A stretch of 64,000 bases of DNA, from assembly GCF_006345805.1 (NCBI RefSeq), contig NC_043001.1, positions 130,262,001 to 130,326,000 of the forward strand, written 5' to 3'. The position numbers were made by a program, and so were the translations under genes. The notes beneath the pieces were generated by a model. That model made no database searches. It was not told the origin of the DNA and saw nothing but the letters and a program-made list of their open reading frames with translations. This DNA comes from Octopus sinensis. Its lineage: Eukaryota. Positions 1 through 11,790 of the stretch are shown here, piece by piece; position 1 is the stretch's first letter, and each line of letters opens with the position of its first letter.

Positions 1-519
1 ACCCCGAATCAACCCGGGACCTACATATATAAATATATATATATATGTTTAAAATATTTAACTATAGTACTACATGATAAAACTTCCCCTGTTTCATTAT
101 CAATGGTCTGCTAGTGGGTGACCCCCTTAATTGTCAGCTAACATCTTGTTTAATTTTTCCTTTACCAAACCTCATGATATTGCTTCTAATAAATTGTGAT
201 TTTTATAACTATACCAACTATGTTGTCTGTCTGCTCCCTCAGCCCTACCCCAAACAGTTACTGCCTTCTGTTCTCTCAGCCTTAGATATGCAAGGGATTT
301 GATAAACTAGTCTATAAATTAAAACCAACTCCATAAAACAAAAAAAATCAGTGACAGGCAGAGTCTGTAACAATGTATATCTTCTTGAAAAGCTTAGTAA
401 CTTCTATGCTGGAGTGAGACAGCATGTTCTTTGTCTATCTCCTAAACTTCTTGGAGATTTTAGTTATAATTATACTGATGTGTCCATCTGTTCTAATTTT
501 ATGAAATTCTATGTCTTTG

Positions 520-606
520 TGCAGCTGAAGATTGCTCTGCATTTTAAATTGATGTAATGATTGTATTGTTCAATTAAATGGAGTTGCATGAAACGATCGT
601 ACTGCA
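520..606 (+). ncRNA. Type I hammerhead ribozyme motif with palindromic stem III (Penelope-like-element type)
   Basis: TGCAG(520-524)-CTGAAGA(525-531)-long imperfect stem II (533-588)-GAAA(590-593)-C-GATC-G-TA(601)-CTGCA(602-606). Stem I is a perfect 5 bp and the predicted cut is after GUA at 601. Confidence 0.75.
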
Positions 607-643
607 TTACCTCTGGATATCCTTGTTGCTTATTTTGATATAT

Positions 644-720
<77 letters not shown>

Positions 721-1431
721 TAGATATATATTTGCATACATTCATACATAAAAAACTGGTTACCAGGATAAGTGTTTCAGTTGATCCCATGAATGAAACA
801 GCCTGCTTATAAAATGAACTTTCAAGTGTCTGAAAACTCCATGACATGCACACCTTTAATGTAGTTCTCAGGGGTATTCAGCATAACACAGAGTGTAACA
901 AGGCTGGCCCTTCGTAAAACAGCTGCTACTGGTTTTTGCCAGCTGAGTAAGCTGAGGCAATGTGAAGTAAAGTGTCTTGCTTAAGGACACAACTCCCTGA
1001 CAGAAATTGAACCTACAACCTTATAATTATCTGCCAAATACCCCCAACCACAGATGTCATACCCATAAATTCATACAAATGCATAAGATGGCTGAAGTGT
1101 TAAAAAGGTTGCTTTACTATCACAGTGATACAGGTTCAACTCCACTGTTTGGCATTTCAAGCAATTAGCATTCTTTAAAGTCTGAGATCAATTGATCCTT
1201 CATATGTGAAATGAAACAGAAGGGAACTATTTAGGAGACTGTCAGATAGATTGTAACTGTTATTCATAATGTACAGCCTTGTCATACGGGTTACAGGGGG
1301 GAATTACATTAAGGGTACATGTGTCTGTGGAATACTCAACCACTTACATATTAATTTAGGTAATTCAGCTGGTTGAACAAATTGAATTATCACTATTGAA
1401 TGATGGAAATTCATCCATAGCTGTGATACCA

Positions 1432-1797
1432 GTGCCGGTGGCACGTAAGCGAACCATCCGAATGTGGCCGTTGCTAGTGCCGCCCCAATGGGCCTCCATG
1501 CCGGTGGCACATAAAAAGCACCATCCGATCATGGCCGTTGCCAGCCTCGCCTGGCCCCCATGCCAGTGGCACGTAAAAAGCACCATCCAACCATACTGTT
1601 TGCCAGCCCCAACTGGCACCTGTGCCGGTGGCACGTAAAAAGCACCAACTACACTCACGGAGTGGTTGGCGTTAGTAAGGGCATCCAGCCATAGAAACAT
1701 TGCCAGATCAGACTGGGCTTGGTGCAGCCTTCTGTTGAACCGTCCAACCCATGCTAGCATGGAAAGCGGATGCTAAATGATGATGATGATGATGATG
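1432..1797 (+). mobile_element. Family A retroposon (RTE-LINE 3' end / tail-sharing SINE), (GAT)n tail
   Basis: GTGCC-GGT-GGCAC-GTAAAAAGCACC modules, TAAGGGCATCCAGC, CCGTCCAACCCATGCTAGCATGGAAAGCGG, then (GAT)n; many homologous copies in the window. Confidence 0.85.
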
Positions 1798-1822
1798 TAT
1801 ATAAATGTGTGTGTGTAAGTAT

Positions 1823-2030
1823 GGAGGCACATGGCTTAGTGTAAAATTGTGGTTTTGATTCCTGGACCTGGCGATACAATGTGTTCTTGAGCAAAACATT
1901 TCATTTCCTGTTGCTCCAGTCCACTCAGCTGGTAAAAATAGGTTATCCTGCAATGAATTGGTGGTATATAAATGCCACAGAACCTGGGAAACTCGCCTTA
2001 TGAGCCTGTGGCTCAAGAAAGACCTTTAGT
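1823..2030 (+). mobile_element. Family D tRNA-headed SINE, degenerate
   Basis: GGAGGCACATGGCTTAGTG head and GTGTTCTTGAGCAAAAC...GTTGCTCCAGTCCACTCAGCTG, homologous to 52424 and 54668. Confidence 0.7.
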
Positions 2031-2122
2031 TCTTTTCTGATCTATAGAACAAGAATAGAGAAAATCACAAAGATATCTGCCTGGATTTACTAATCCCTTT
2101 TACTTCTTATCATATATATTAC

Positions 2123-2165
<43 letters not shown>

Positions 2166-2530
2166 GTCGTCATCATCTAATGTTTATTGTCCACTCTTGC
2201 ATGGGTTAGACGGTTTCACCAGGGCTGGTAAGCTGAGGGCTGCAACAGACTCCAGTCTGATTTGGAAATGTTTCTATGGATGGATGCCTTTCCTAACACC
2301 AACCACTCCGAGAGTATAATAGGTGCCAGTTGTGTGACCCCAGTATCTGCCACAACTATCACCAAGGGTCTTGGTCATTTGTCATTGCTTCTGTCAGGCC
2401 CAATGCTCGCAAGGTGCATTTTATATGTCACTGGCATGGGTGTTAGTTGCATGACACTGGCATCTGCCACATTGCCTCTGTGAGGCCCAATGCTCAATTG
2501 GTACTTTTTACATACCACTGCCATGGGTGC
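2123..2530 (-). mobile_element. Family A retroposon with residual RTE ORF end
   Basis: (CAT)n tail at 2123-2176 and family A body; the minus strand near 2345-2420 reads like an RTE C-terminus (LRALGLTEAMTNDQDPW). Confidence 0.7.
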
Positions 2531-2547
2531 CATATATATATATATAT

Positions 2548-2748
2548 ATTTCTTTACTACCTACAAGGAGCTAAACACAGAGAGGACAAACAAGGACAGA
2601 CAAATGGATTAAGTCGATTACATCGACCCAAGTGTGTAACTGATACTTAAGTTATCGACCCCGAAAGGATGAAAGGCAAAGTGGACCTCAGTGGAATTTG
2701 AACCCAGAACGTAAACGGCAGACGAAATACGGCTACGCATTTCGCCTG
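2548..2748 (-). mobile_element. Family B tRNA-headed SINE, 5'-truncated
   Basis: Reverse complement of the family B body; compare 11137-11368 (GACCCCGAAAGGATGAAAGGCAAAGT). Confidence 0.85.
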
Positions 2749-2967
2749 GAGAGAGAGAGAGAGAGTAAGGGGGATATCAATAGACAGTCAGATACACACA
2801 CATACACATCTGCACACACAACTGCACTCATGAACTCATATGTTCATACACAGAGATGCACCTAATTTCAGCATCCTATACTACATATTTTTTTTTTTTT
2901 AAGTTTCAGCTCAGAGCTGTGGCCATGCTGAGGCACCGCCATTTATATATATTGTTTTTCAATAATA

Positions 2968-3360
2968 ATAAAGGGTAAAATTAATTAATTAATTAATAAT
3001 TAATAATCTTACCAAGTAGTTCGGTATGTTAAAATAACCTTTATCAGTAACCTTATACAAAAATTCTATAATTGGTCGAATGCCTATTTAATTATTAGTA
3101 CTTTCAAATTTGCAATTGAAATACTACACTGAAGAAAGAAATAAGTGAGTAAAAATTAAAATTTTACATATCTTTAATCCAGAAACGTGTATGTGGTTGA
3201 TCAAAGCCAAGTGGATTTGTTGTTTCTTCCTCTTTACCTACATGAATTGGGAGTATTGCGGTCTGAGAGATATTTTATGGTAGAGGAATAGTATTTAACT
3301 TCTATTTCTAAATTTCGGTATGTGGTGAAGTAATTTTCTGAGCCCTAATTATAATTACGC
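2968..3360 (+). mobile_element. Penelope-like non-coding element (pLTR-like) with degenerate hammerhead
   Basis: Both ends are homologous to 18419-18912. It contains CTACA-CTGAAGA...GAAACGTGTA-TGTGG at about 3124-3196. Confidence 0.5.
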
Positions 3361-3397
3361 TTATAATTATAGAATTATATATATATATTCTTTTTTA

Positions 3398-3783
3398 TTC
3401 TTTTACTTGTTTCAGTCATTTGACTGCGGCCATGCTGGAGCACCGCCTTTAATCGAGCAACTCGGCCCTGGGACTTATTCTTTTGTAAGCCCAGTACTTA
3501 TTCTATCGGTCTCATTTGCCAAACTGCTAAGTAATGGGGACATAAACACACCAGCATCGGTTGTCAAGCAATGCTAGGGGGACAAACACATACACGCATA
3601 TATATATATATACATATATACAACGGGCTTCTTTCAGTTTCCGTCTACCAAATCCACTCACAAGGCTTTGGTCGGCCCGAGGCTATAGTAGAAGACACAT
3701 ACCCAAGGTGCCATGCAGTGGGACTGAACCCGGAACCATGTGGTTGGTAAACAAGCTACCTACCACACAGCCACTCCTGCGCC
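3398..3783 (-). mobile_element. Family E tRNA-headed SINE with internal (TA/CA)n
   Basis: Minus-strand head GGCGCAGGAGTGGCTGTGTGGTAGGTAGC...GGTTCAGTCCC, an internal microsatellite and a (TAAAAGAG)-like tail; near-identical to 13864 and 43921. Confidence 0.9.
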
Positions 3784-6018
3784 TATATATATGTTTAATG
3801 AAAATTCTTTTATCTTGCTTCATGTGGCATAAATCCACCACCCTCAGTATTACATCCAGTTCAGTTTAATGGGATCTTTGCCTTGGTGAGTTACATAAGT
3901 GTCAGTGCCATGTAAAAAAAAATCCTGTATACTCTGTGAAGTGGCTGGCATAAGGAAGAGTATCCAGCTGTAGAAATCAGACCGCAGCAGACATTTGACC
4001 TTGAGGCATTTTCTCTGACTCATTGGCACCAGTCAAATCATGCAATCCATGCTGGCATGGAAAACAGATTTTAGACAATGATGCTGATGATGATTGTGAG
4101 ATGAATTTTTGTGTTAACCACTTAAGTTTGTAGCAAAATACCATTAGAATCAAAAACTAGTTTCAGGATTATATGCCATTGTCAGATCATACTTTAATTC
4201 TAAACCCATAGCTTTGCAAAGAGAATAGCCATTAGTCATATATAAAATTGGCAGCTTGGGTTTAAAGAAAGTAAGTTAATTTGCATATTGTGTTGATTGG
4301 AGAATTGTTCAAAGCTTTCTCTGTTGCGTAAAACCTGAAATAGTCAGTATAAAAAGAGATATATTTTTATGTTTACACCATCATCATCATTAGTTTTATG
4401 TTCACTGTTTCTACTCTGGCATGCATTATTTGAGACCTCATGTAACAATGATCTATGACCAGATTCTCATCTCGATGACAACCTTTGCTTGTTTTCATGT
4501 GAGCTACTTCATTCTATGTCTCTGCACATTGAATTGTGCAAAACCATTCAAATTACTGAGTTATATGTATTGCTATGTAGAAGAGGCCATATAACACTTC
4601 TGTACTCTTTGCCTCTGGGCGTTTATAGTGTTAGTGACAATATAGGAAAATTTCAGTTCTTCTTTTGACAGTTTTGTGTTTCAAGTTTTGTTGTTTTCTT
4701 TGTTTACATGAATTATTATTAGTACTGATGGGATAATTTTGGACACAAAACCATAAGACTACAGGGACTCAGGATGAAATTTTTATGTGTTCAAAAATGA
4801 ATCAGCACAGTTGTTAGAGTATTGGAAAGAATGCCTTGCAGTGTTGCAGTATTTGTTCTAACTCTCAGCATGCTGAGTTCAAATCCTGTCAAGATCAATT
4901 TTGGCTTTCATTCTTTTAGAACTGATAAAAAAAAAAAGTAACAACCCAGAGGGGTGGATTGGCAGAAACGTAAGAACATTGGACTGGATGTTTTACAGTA
5001 TTTGTTCCAACTCTCTGGGTTCTGAGTTCAAATCCAATCATACTCTCCTTGGGTGGTAGTTTTAATCTGCCACGATGTTTAACACCGCCAGTTGACACCT
5101 TTGAATGCCTTTAGTCTGGTCTACACTGCTGCAAACATTTAGACCAGGTCTCTGATTTAAAGATACCTCCCTCCCACATGTCTCAAAGACCCAGTGGAGA
5201 GTCATAGGCACTGCAGTTCTTTCCTGACGGATCGATAAAAACATATGTCATATCTGCATAAGTAGGGCAAATGTGACATATAATAATGAATGTAGCTTAA
5301 AAACTGGATAAACAAATAAATAAATAAATTTCATAAAAGATCAGAAAAAAAGAAAGAAAGAAAGAAACCTTTTTTTTCCAAGATTTACTGAACTTGAAAT
5401 AATAAATTATAATTTATCATTTGCATGCATTTAAATTTTAATTTCTACATAATTTTTCTTTTTAAAATTTTTTTTTCTATTTCTAATTCATATTTCTTGG
5501 AATTAGGCTAAAGTCTAAATATGACCAAAATCTTGAGATGAATAATTACCGATACTTAACACCTCCAACTCATCTGTATTGCTGTCTTATTCATCCCATC
5601 TTCAAACACTTACTTAAAGGGTCTCACCAGATATTCTTGTAAACCACAAGCTATATGTGTATTCCCTCCCAGTTTAGCATCAACAATCACCATTATCCCA
5701 CACTCTTTATTCACCTTTTGCTATTCCTCATGCCCTCATCTCTATCCTTCCTAATGCTGGTACCATGGTAAAATGCTTCCAGTGAACCCTGATAAGTAAG
5801 GGCTTAAGAGGTCCCTGATAGTCATGTCAATTTCTTCATCACTATACCACGTAAAGATGCACCCATTCAACTCAGTATATTAGTTGGTGACAGGAAAGGC
5901 ATCCAGCTATACAAGAGTTGGTCCTTCAATCCATCTATGAGCATACTAATGAGCTGTCCAATTCATGCAAGCAGAGAAAGAAGAGATGACATGATGATGA
6001 CAATGATTATTATTATTA

Positions 6019-6061
<43 letters not shown>

Positions 6062-6165
6062 CATTATTATTATTATTATTGCTATCGTTGTTATCATTAA
6101 GGTGCTGTTGTTATTTGTTTATTATTATTGTTGTTGTTGTTGTTATTCGTATCATTATTACTCTT

Positions 6166-6310
6166 TTACTCTTTTACTTGTTTCAGTCATTTGACTGCGG
6201 CCATGCTGGAGCACCACCTTTAGTCGAGCAAATCGACCCTGGGACTTATTCTTTGTAAGCCCAGTACTTATTCTATCGGTCTCTTTTTTTGCCGAACCGC
6301 TAAGTGACGA
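6166..6310 (-). mobile_element. Family E SINE, 3' part only
   Basis: CTCTTTTACTTGTTTCAGTCATTTGACTGCGGCCATGCTGGAGCACC...GCCGAACCGCTAAGTGAC. Confidence 0.85.
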
Positions 6311-7075
6311 AAAATTTTAACTAGATCTCTTATAAGTTCTGGAAGAGATTTGAAACAGCCACCTATGTGGTGTATTATTACTACAGCTCAACACCCATGC
6401 CTACTGTTGTTGTTTTTTTTGTCTGGAATCAAATTCAAGCCAAATTAATAATATGTAGACAAGCGCAGCAAATACAACAGTTTATAGCAAATATAAAATC
6501 CAACTGTTGAAATGCAATGCTTTATAAAACAGCAGTGTTGAGTCTGGAAAAAAAAAATTACTAGAAAAAAAAATCGTTGTTCAAAAATTGATTCCATGAA
6601 TACCTTAGGGTGACAGCTGGAAACATTTCTAGTTTCACAAGATGTCACTTTCTTTTAGTCATGAAACAAGCAGTAAAATGATGCCAATTTCAATAAATGG
6701 AGCTATAAATATTGCAAGCACTAGGTGAATGTAATGTATGAACATAATTTGCTAGAAGAGTTAGTTAATTAGCTGAAGGAGTATGACAATTAATTTTCAT
6801 TAATGTAAACCCATAATAATATTATTATATTCAAAGGTAACCATACTAGAAATGCAAATGTTCATAGCAGCCATATTTGTATAATAAATAAATGAAACTA
6901 GTGATGTATACAAGAAATATATACAGGTATAATAAATCTTAACCACATTTGGTTGCAACAATGTAATTAGTTATAATGATAATGATTTATTACAGTCACA
7001 TATGAACATACGTTTGTAGAATGGGCATAGTCAATTGAATTGATCTACCATGCATTCCTCAATATATAACTGGAG

Positions 7076-7461
7076 AGTGGAGGCGCAATGGCCCAGTGGT
7101 TAGGGCAGCGGACTCGCGATCATAGGATCGCGGTTTCGATTCCCAGACCGGGCGTTGTGAGTGTTTATTGAGCGAAAACACCTAAAAGCTCCACAAGGCT
7201 CTGGCAGGGGATGGTGGTGATCCCTGCTGTACTCTTTCACCACAACTTTCTCTCACTCTTACTTCCTGTTTCTATTGTACCTGTATTTCAAAGGGCCGGC
7301 CTTGTCACTCTCTGTGTCACGCTGAATATCCCCGAGAACTATGTTAAGGGTACACGTGTCTGTGGAGTGCTCAGCCACTTACACGTTAATTTCACGAGCA
7401 GGCTGTTCCGTTGATTCGGATCAACCAGAACCCTCGTCGTCGTAACCGACAGAGTGCTTCC
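7076..7461 (+). mobile_element. Family C tRNA-headed SINE, full length with 12-bp TSD
   Basis: A-box TGGCCCAGTGG, B-box GGTTTCGATTCC; TSD ATATAACTGGAG at 7064-7075 and 7462-7473. Confidence 0.93.
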
Positions 7462-7769
7462 ATATAACTGGAGTTCTGTTTTGACTCTGTGAGATTCAAT
7501 AACGATAAACAGCAAAGACCACCCAAGTTTATTTGAACTTAAAATGTAGAGATAGAAAAATAATTTATTTTAACAAAAGAATCTGATTTTCTTTGTTCTT
7601 TGTTCTTTTACCTTATTGCTCTAACAACAATAACAATAATAACAACAATAATAACACTGTGTAACACGATTGTTGTCCTTGGGTGGCAACTGTTATTTCC
7701 TATTTGCTTACCCCTAGAAAGTACGAAAAATGGTAATATTTACCTCAAACTTTGCTTTTGTTACATTTA

Positions 7770-7940
7770 TTCAAATCCCAAAGAATCCCTCTCAACACGT
7801 GGCTATGATGCTCCTCCACTGCTCTTGCTCATGATTAGAGATGCACATATTCTCAGCCACTAAGGGACATACTCAAGTGGTTATGGTCAAGTAAATGGCA
7901 AAAAGATTTGTGCTGTTGAGCAGAATATGTGTTATAACAA
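7770..7940 (-). mobile_element. Family F element fragment
   Basis: CCCAAAGAATCCCTCTCAACAC...GAGATGCACATAT...AGCCACTAAGGGACAT matches 58225-58380. Confidence 0.7.
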
Positions 7941-8469
7941 TATTTCTGCTAGCATTGATTGCTCAGTTTGACAGGAACTGGTAAGCCTGAGGACTGCACC
8001 AAGTTCCACAATTTGCTTTGGCATGATTTTTGCAACTGGATGCCCTTAACACCAATCACTTACTTTCTAAATTTGGCACGAGGCCAGCAGTTTTGAGGTG
8101 AGGATTTAGTCTGCTGTGTTGAGTGGTATTTCATTTTATTGAATTGCTACCCCAAAAGATGAAAGGCAAAGTTGACCTTGGCTGCATTTGAACCCAGAAT
8201 GTTGAGTGGCTCAACTAAATACCACAAGGCATTTTGTTCAGCAAACATGCTGAAGATTCTACCAATCAGCAGCCTTTATTTTTTATATCCCCAGTACTTG
8301 ACTATTACTATACTTTGCTGACCCCTGGAAGGATTGAGGGTAAAGCAGAACTCAGTCAGATATTGAGCACAGAGGTAAAAAAAAAAAAAGCCACAATGAA
8401 TACTACAAGGTACTCTGGCCAATTCTTTAATGATTTGACCAATCTATCCCTTTAATAATAATGGTAATA

Positions 8470-8860
8470 TTTGGATGGAAGCACTCCGTCGGTTACGACG
8501 ACAAGGGTTCCGGTTGATCCGAATCAATGGAACAGCCTGTTCGTGAAATTAACGTGTAAGTGGCTGAGCACTCCACAGACACATGTACCCTTAACGTAGT
8601 TCTCGGGGATATTCAGCGTGACACAGAGAGTGACAAGGCCGGCCCTTTGAAATACAGGTACAACAGAAACAGGAAGTAAGAGTGAGAGAAAGTTGTGGTG
8701 AAAGAGTACAGCAGGGATCACCACCATCCCCTGCCAGAGCCTCGTGGAGCTTTAGGTGTTTTCGCTCAATAAACACTCACAACGCCCGGTCTGGGAATCG
8801 AAACCGCGATCCTATGACCGCGAGTCCGCTGCCCTAACCATTGGGCCATTGCGCCCCCAC
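8470..8860 (-). mobile_element. Family C SINE, full length with 13-bp TSD
   Basis: Reverse complement of 7076-7461; TSD AATAATGGTAATA at 8457-8469 and 8861-8873. Confidence 0.93.
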
Positions 8861-8875
8861 AATAATGGTAATAAT

Positions 8876-9105
8876 GAGGGTGGTGAGCTGGCAGAATCGT
8901 TAGCAGGCAAGGTGAAATGCCTGGTGGTACTTCATCTACCATTACGTTCTGAGTTCAGATTCTGCTGAGGTTGACTTTACCTTTCATCATTTCAAGGTCG
9001 ATTAAATAAGTACCAGTTATGCACGGGGGTCAATGTAATTGACTTAATCCCTTTGTCTGTCCTTGTTTGTCCCCTCTATGCCCCTGTGGGCAATAAAGAA
9101 ATAAA
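8876..9105 (+). mobile_element. Family B SINE
   Basis: GGTGAGCTGGCAGAATCGTTAGC head, B-box-like GAGTTCAGATTC, tail CCCTGTGGGCAATAAAGAAATA. Confidence 0.88.
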
Positions 9106-9185
9106 TAATGATGATGATTTCACATTTTGGTACAAAGCCAGCAAGATCAGGGAGTGGGTGAATTGATTATATTGATCCCAGTGTA

Positions 9186-9743
9186 CGCCTCCTGATGGCT
9201 TTGACACATTTTTCCCTGTGTCCTTATATACATAGGGGGCGTTCGATGCTTCCTAGGGCTATACAGCAGTGGTGTGCTCCCTACTGTCACGTTCTTGTTA
9301 GATTGACAGTATACAACCATTCTATCGCCCCACCACCATACATGTCTCTACGAGAGATTTAGAAATTCAATATTTCTTATTTTGATAATCAGTGAATAGA
9401 CTTCACTGAGTATAGATATATACAATTACAAAGTTGAGACAAATATCACCGGTTGACCGGTGTCTGCTACTCTAGGCCGATGAAGGACAACGATCCTGAA
9501 ACACGTGTCCCTAGATGCAGTTTCGGCAGCCGGGGGTGTTTGTCTCCCCTTCGTATATGTATATAAGGACACAGGGAAAAATGTGTCAAAGCCATCAGGA
9601 GGCGTTCGATGCTTCCTAGGGCTATACAGCGGTGGTGTACCCCCTACTGTCACGTTCTTGTTAGATTGACAGTATACAACTATTCTATCGCCCCACCACC
9701 GTACATGTCTCTACGAGAGATTTAGAAATTCAATATTTCTTAT
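9186..9743 (+). mobile_element. Penelope-like / retrozyme-like element: 49-bp perfect inverted repeat, 143-bp direct repeat and a hammerhead
   Basis: IR at 9186-9234 and 9556-9604; DR at 9238-9380 and 9601-9743 (period 363 bp); hammerhead at 9471-9515; ends in (TA)n. Confidence 0.7.
9471..9515 (+). ncRNA. Minimal type I hammerhead ribozyme (U4C core variant)
   Basis: TCTAGG-CCGATGA-AGGA-caacga-TCCT-GAAA-C-ACGT-G-TC-CCTAGA. Stem I is 6 bp perfect, stem II 4 bp perfect, stem III palindromic (ACACGTGT); predicted cut after GUC at 9509. Confidence 0.82.
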
Positions 9744-9802
9744 ATATATATATATATATATATATAGGTATGTGTGTATATATATGTATGTGTGTGTGTA
9801 TG

Positions 9803-9869
<67 letters not shown>

Positions 9870-10614
9870 TTTATTCATGTGCGTTAACTACAGCATTAGA
9901 GCATTTTGAGTCTTATTTCTAGCAATGTAAGTGTTTTTTAATACCCTGGTCACGTTTAGTGCCAATTATAATTCTCCTTTTTGGTGAAACATCCTTTACT
10001 TGTCTCAGTCATTTGACTGCAGCCATGCTAGGACACCACCTTGAAGGGGATTAATCAAATGTATTGGCCCCAGGACTTATATTTTAAAGCTTATTAATTA
10101 TTCTATCGGTCCTCTTTGCTGAACTGCCACTTTATGAAGTTAACCTGTGAAGCTATCTAAAGTGAAACAAGAGATAAACATCAAAGATCACATATTTAAT
10201 GGTCATCTGTATTGTAAATCTCTTGTGTTCTCAGAACATAAACCACATTTCTTGAATACCATTTAACCACATTCACCTAGTGTCACACTGCTTTATGAAT
10301 ATTTCTAATAAATTGTAATAATTTATAATTAGCTAATTTAGCGTCAGTGCTTAACTTTAGTATATCGTTAATTGATGTCATTTACATGCAAGCAGCACAT
10401 GCATAAACTCATGCAGAATAGCGCCATCTACAGATATCCTGGGTAAGCAACTAGCATGCTATAGATATTGCATTTGCAGATGATACATTCTTTGGTTGCC
10501 GGCATGGCTCCATGGCTTAGAAGCACATGATACCTGGTTTGATTCTGTGCCAGTGCATCTCTGGCTCTATAGCGTCAGGTAGAGAAATCAGTGAAATTTT
10601 TTCGGAAATAAAAA

Positions 10615-11005
10615 CTGTGTGGAATTCCAAATGGTGTGGCCATGTGGTAAGAAACCTGCTTCCTAACCACATGGTTCTGGGTTTCAGTTGCACTGCATGG
10701 CTCCTTAGGCAAGTGTCTTCTACACTAACCTTAGGCCAACCAAAGCTTTGTGAGTGAATTTGGTAGATGGGAACTGAAAGAAGCCCATCATGTGTGTGTG
10801 TGTGTGTGTCTGTGTTTGTCACCCATCACTGCTTGACAACTGGTGTTGGTGTGTTTACATACCTATAACTTAGAAGTTCGGCAAGAGAGAGCAATAGAAT
10901 ATGTACCAAGATTAGCAACGTAATTAAGTTCTGTGGTTGATTCATTTGACTAAAAAATCATTCAGGGCAATGCTCCAGCATGGCTGCAGTCTAATTACTG
11001 AAAGA
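10615..11005 (+). mobile_element. Family E SINE, diverged
   Basis: GGTGTGGCCATGTGGTAAGAAACCTGC head, AAAGCTTTGTGAGTGAATTTGGTAGATGGGAACTGAAAGAAGCCC, (TG)n, GCTCCAGCATGGCTGCAGTC. Confidence 0.8.
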
Positions 11006-11070
11006 AGAAAAATATATAAGACATGTCTATATGTGTGCATGCATATGTGTTAAAGAGAGGAAGAGAGGAT

Positions 11071-11790
11071 GTCATCATCATCATCATAATCATCATTTAA
11101 CGTCTATTGTTCATGCTGACATGGGTTAGATGGTAAGGCGGCGAGGTGGCAGAAACGTTAGCAGGCCGGGCGAAATGCGTAGCCGTATTTCGTCTCCCGT
11201 TACGTTCTGAGTTCAAATTCCGCCAAGGTCGACTTTGCCTTTCATCCTTTCGGGGTCGATTAAATAAGTACCAGTTATGCACTGGGGTCGATATAATCGA
11301 CTTAATCCGTTTGTCTGTCCTTGTTTGTCCTCTCTGTGTTTAACTCCTTGTGGGTAGTAAAGAAATAGGTTTAGCCAGAGCTGGCTAGCTGCACCAGACT
11401 CCAGTCTGATTTGGCATGGTTTCTACAGCTGGATGTCTCTCCTGACACCTACCACTTTACAGAGTGTGCTGGGTGCTTTTACATAGCACCACATGAGCAT
11501 TTTTACTTGAAAGCATTTGCATGGCACTGCCATGCTTTTCACCACCTGACAGACTGGCCTTAACACTTCTGCTGTTGAGTATGGGTCTTTTTAAGTCCTG
11601 TAAGTGCCAGGCATCTCAGTCCTTAGTCATCTTACCTGAAAGGTTCAGCATCTTGAGGTCATCCTTCAGTACTTCACCCCATGTGTTCCCTCTACTATGA
11701 GAAATCGGTACTTCTTTATGGAGCTGTCAGCATCCATTCACATCACATGACCAAACCAGTGCAACACAAACATGCTTATGCTGAGAGAAA
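11071..11790 (-). mobile_element. 5'-truncated RTE-clade LINE whose 3' UTR is family A, interrupted by a family B SINE
   Basis: Minus strand 11790-11560 reads VLHWFGHVM*MD...EG...WGEVLKDDLKMLNLS...KD*DAWH (RTE C-terminus), followed by the family A body and a (GAT)n tail at 11071-11095. Confidence 0.65.
11137..11368 (+). mobile_element. Family B SINE, young full-length copy
   Basis: GGCGGCGAGGTGGCAGAAACGTTAGC...GAGTTCAAATTCC...GTGGGTAGTAAAGAAATA. Confidence 0.92.

Noticed and set aside
1-30. Small GC hairpin at the window start, similar to a Helitron end
   Set aside because: Not followed by CTRR, and truncated by the window edge.
7076-7150. tRNA-like sequences here and at 11137, 52424 and 54668
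   Set aside because: These are SINE heads with A and B boxes that continue into SINE bodies; no complete cloverleaf.
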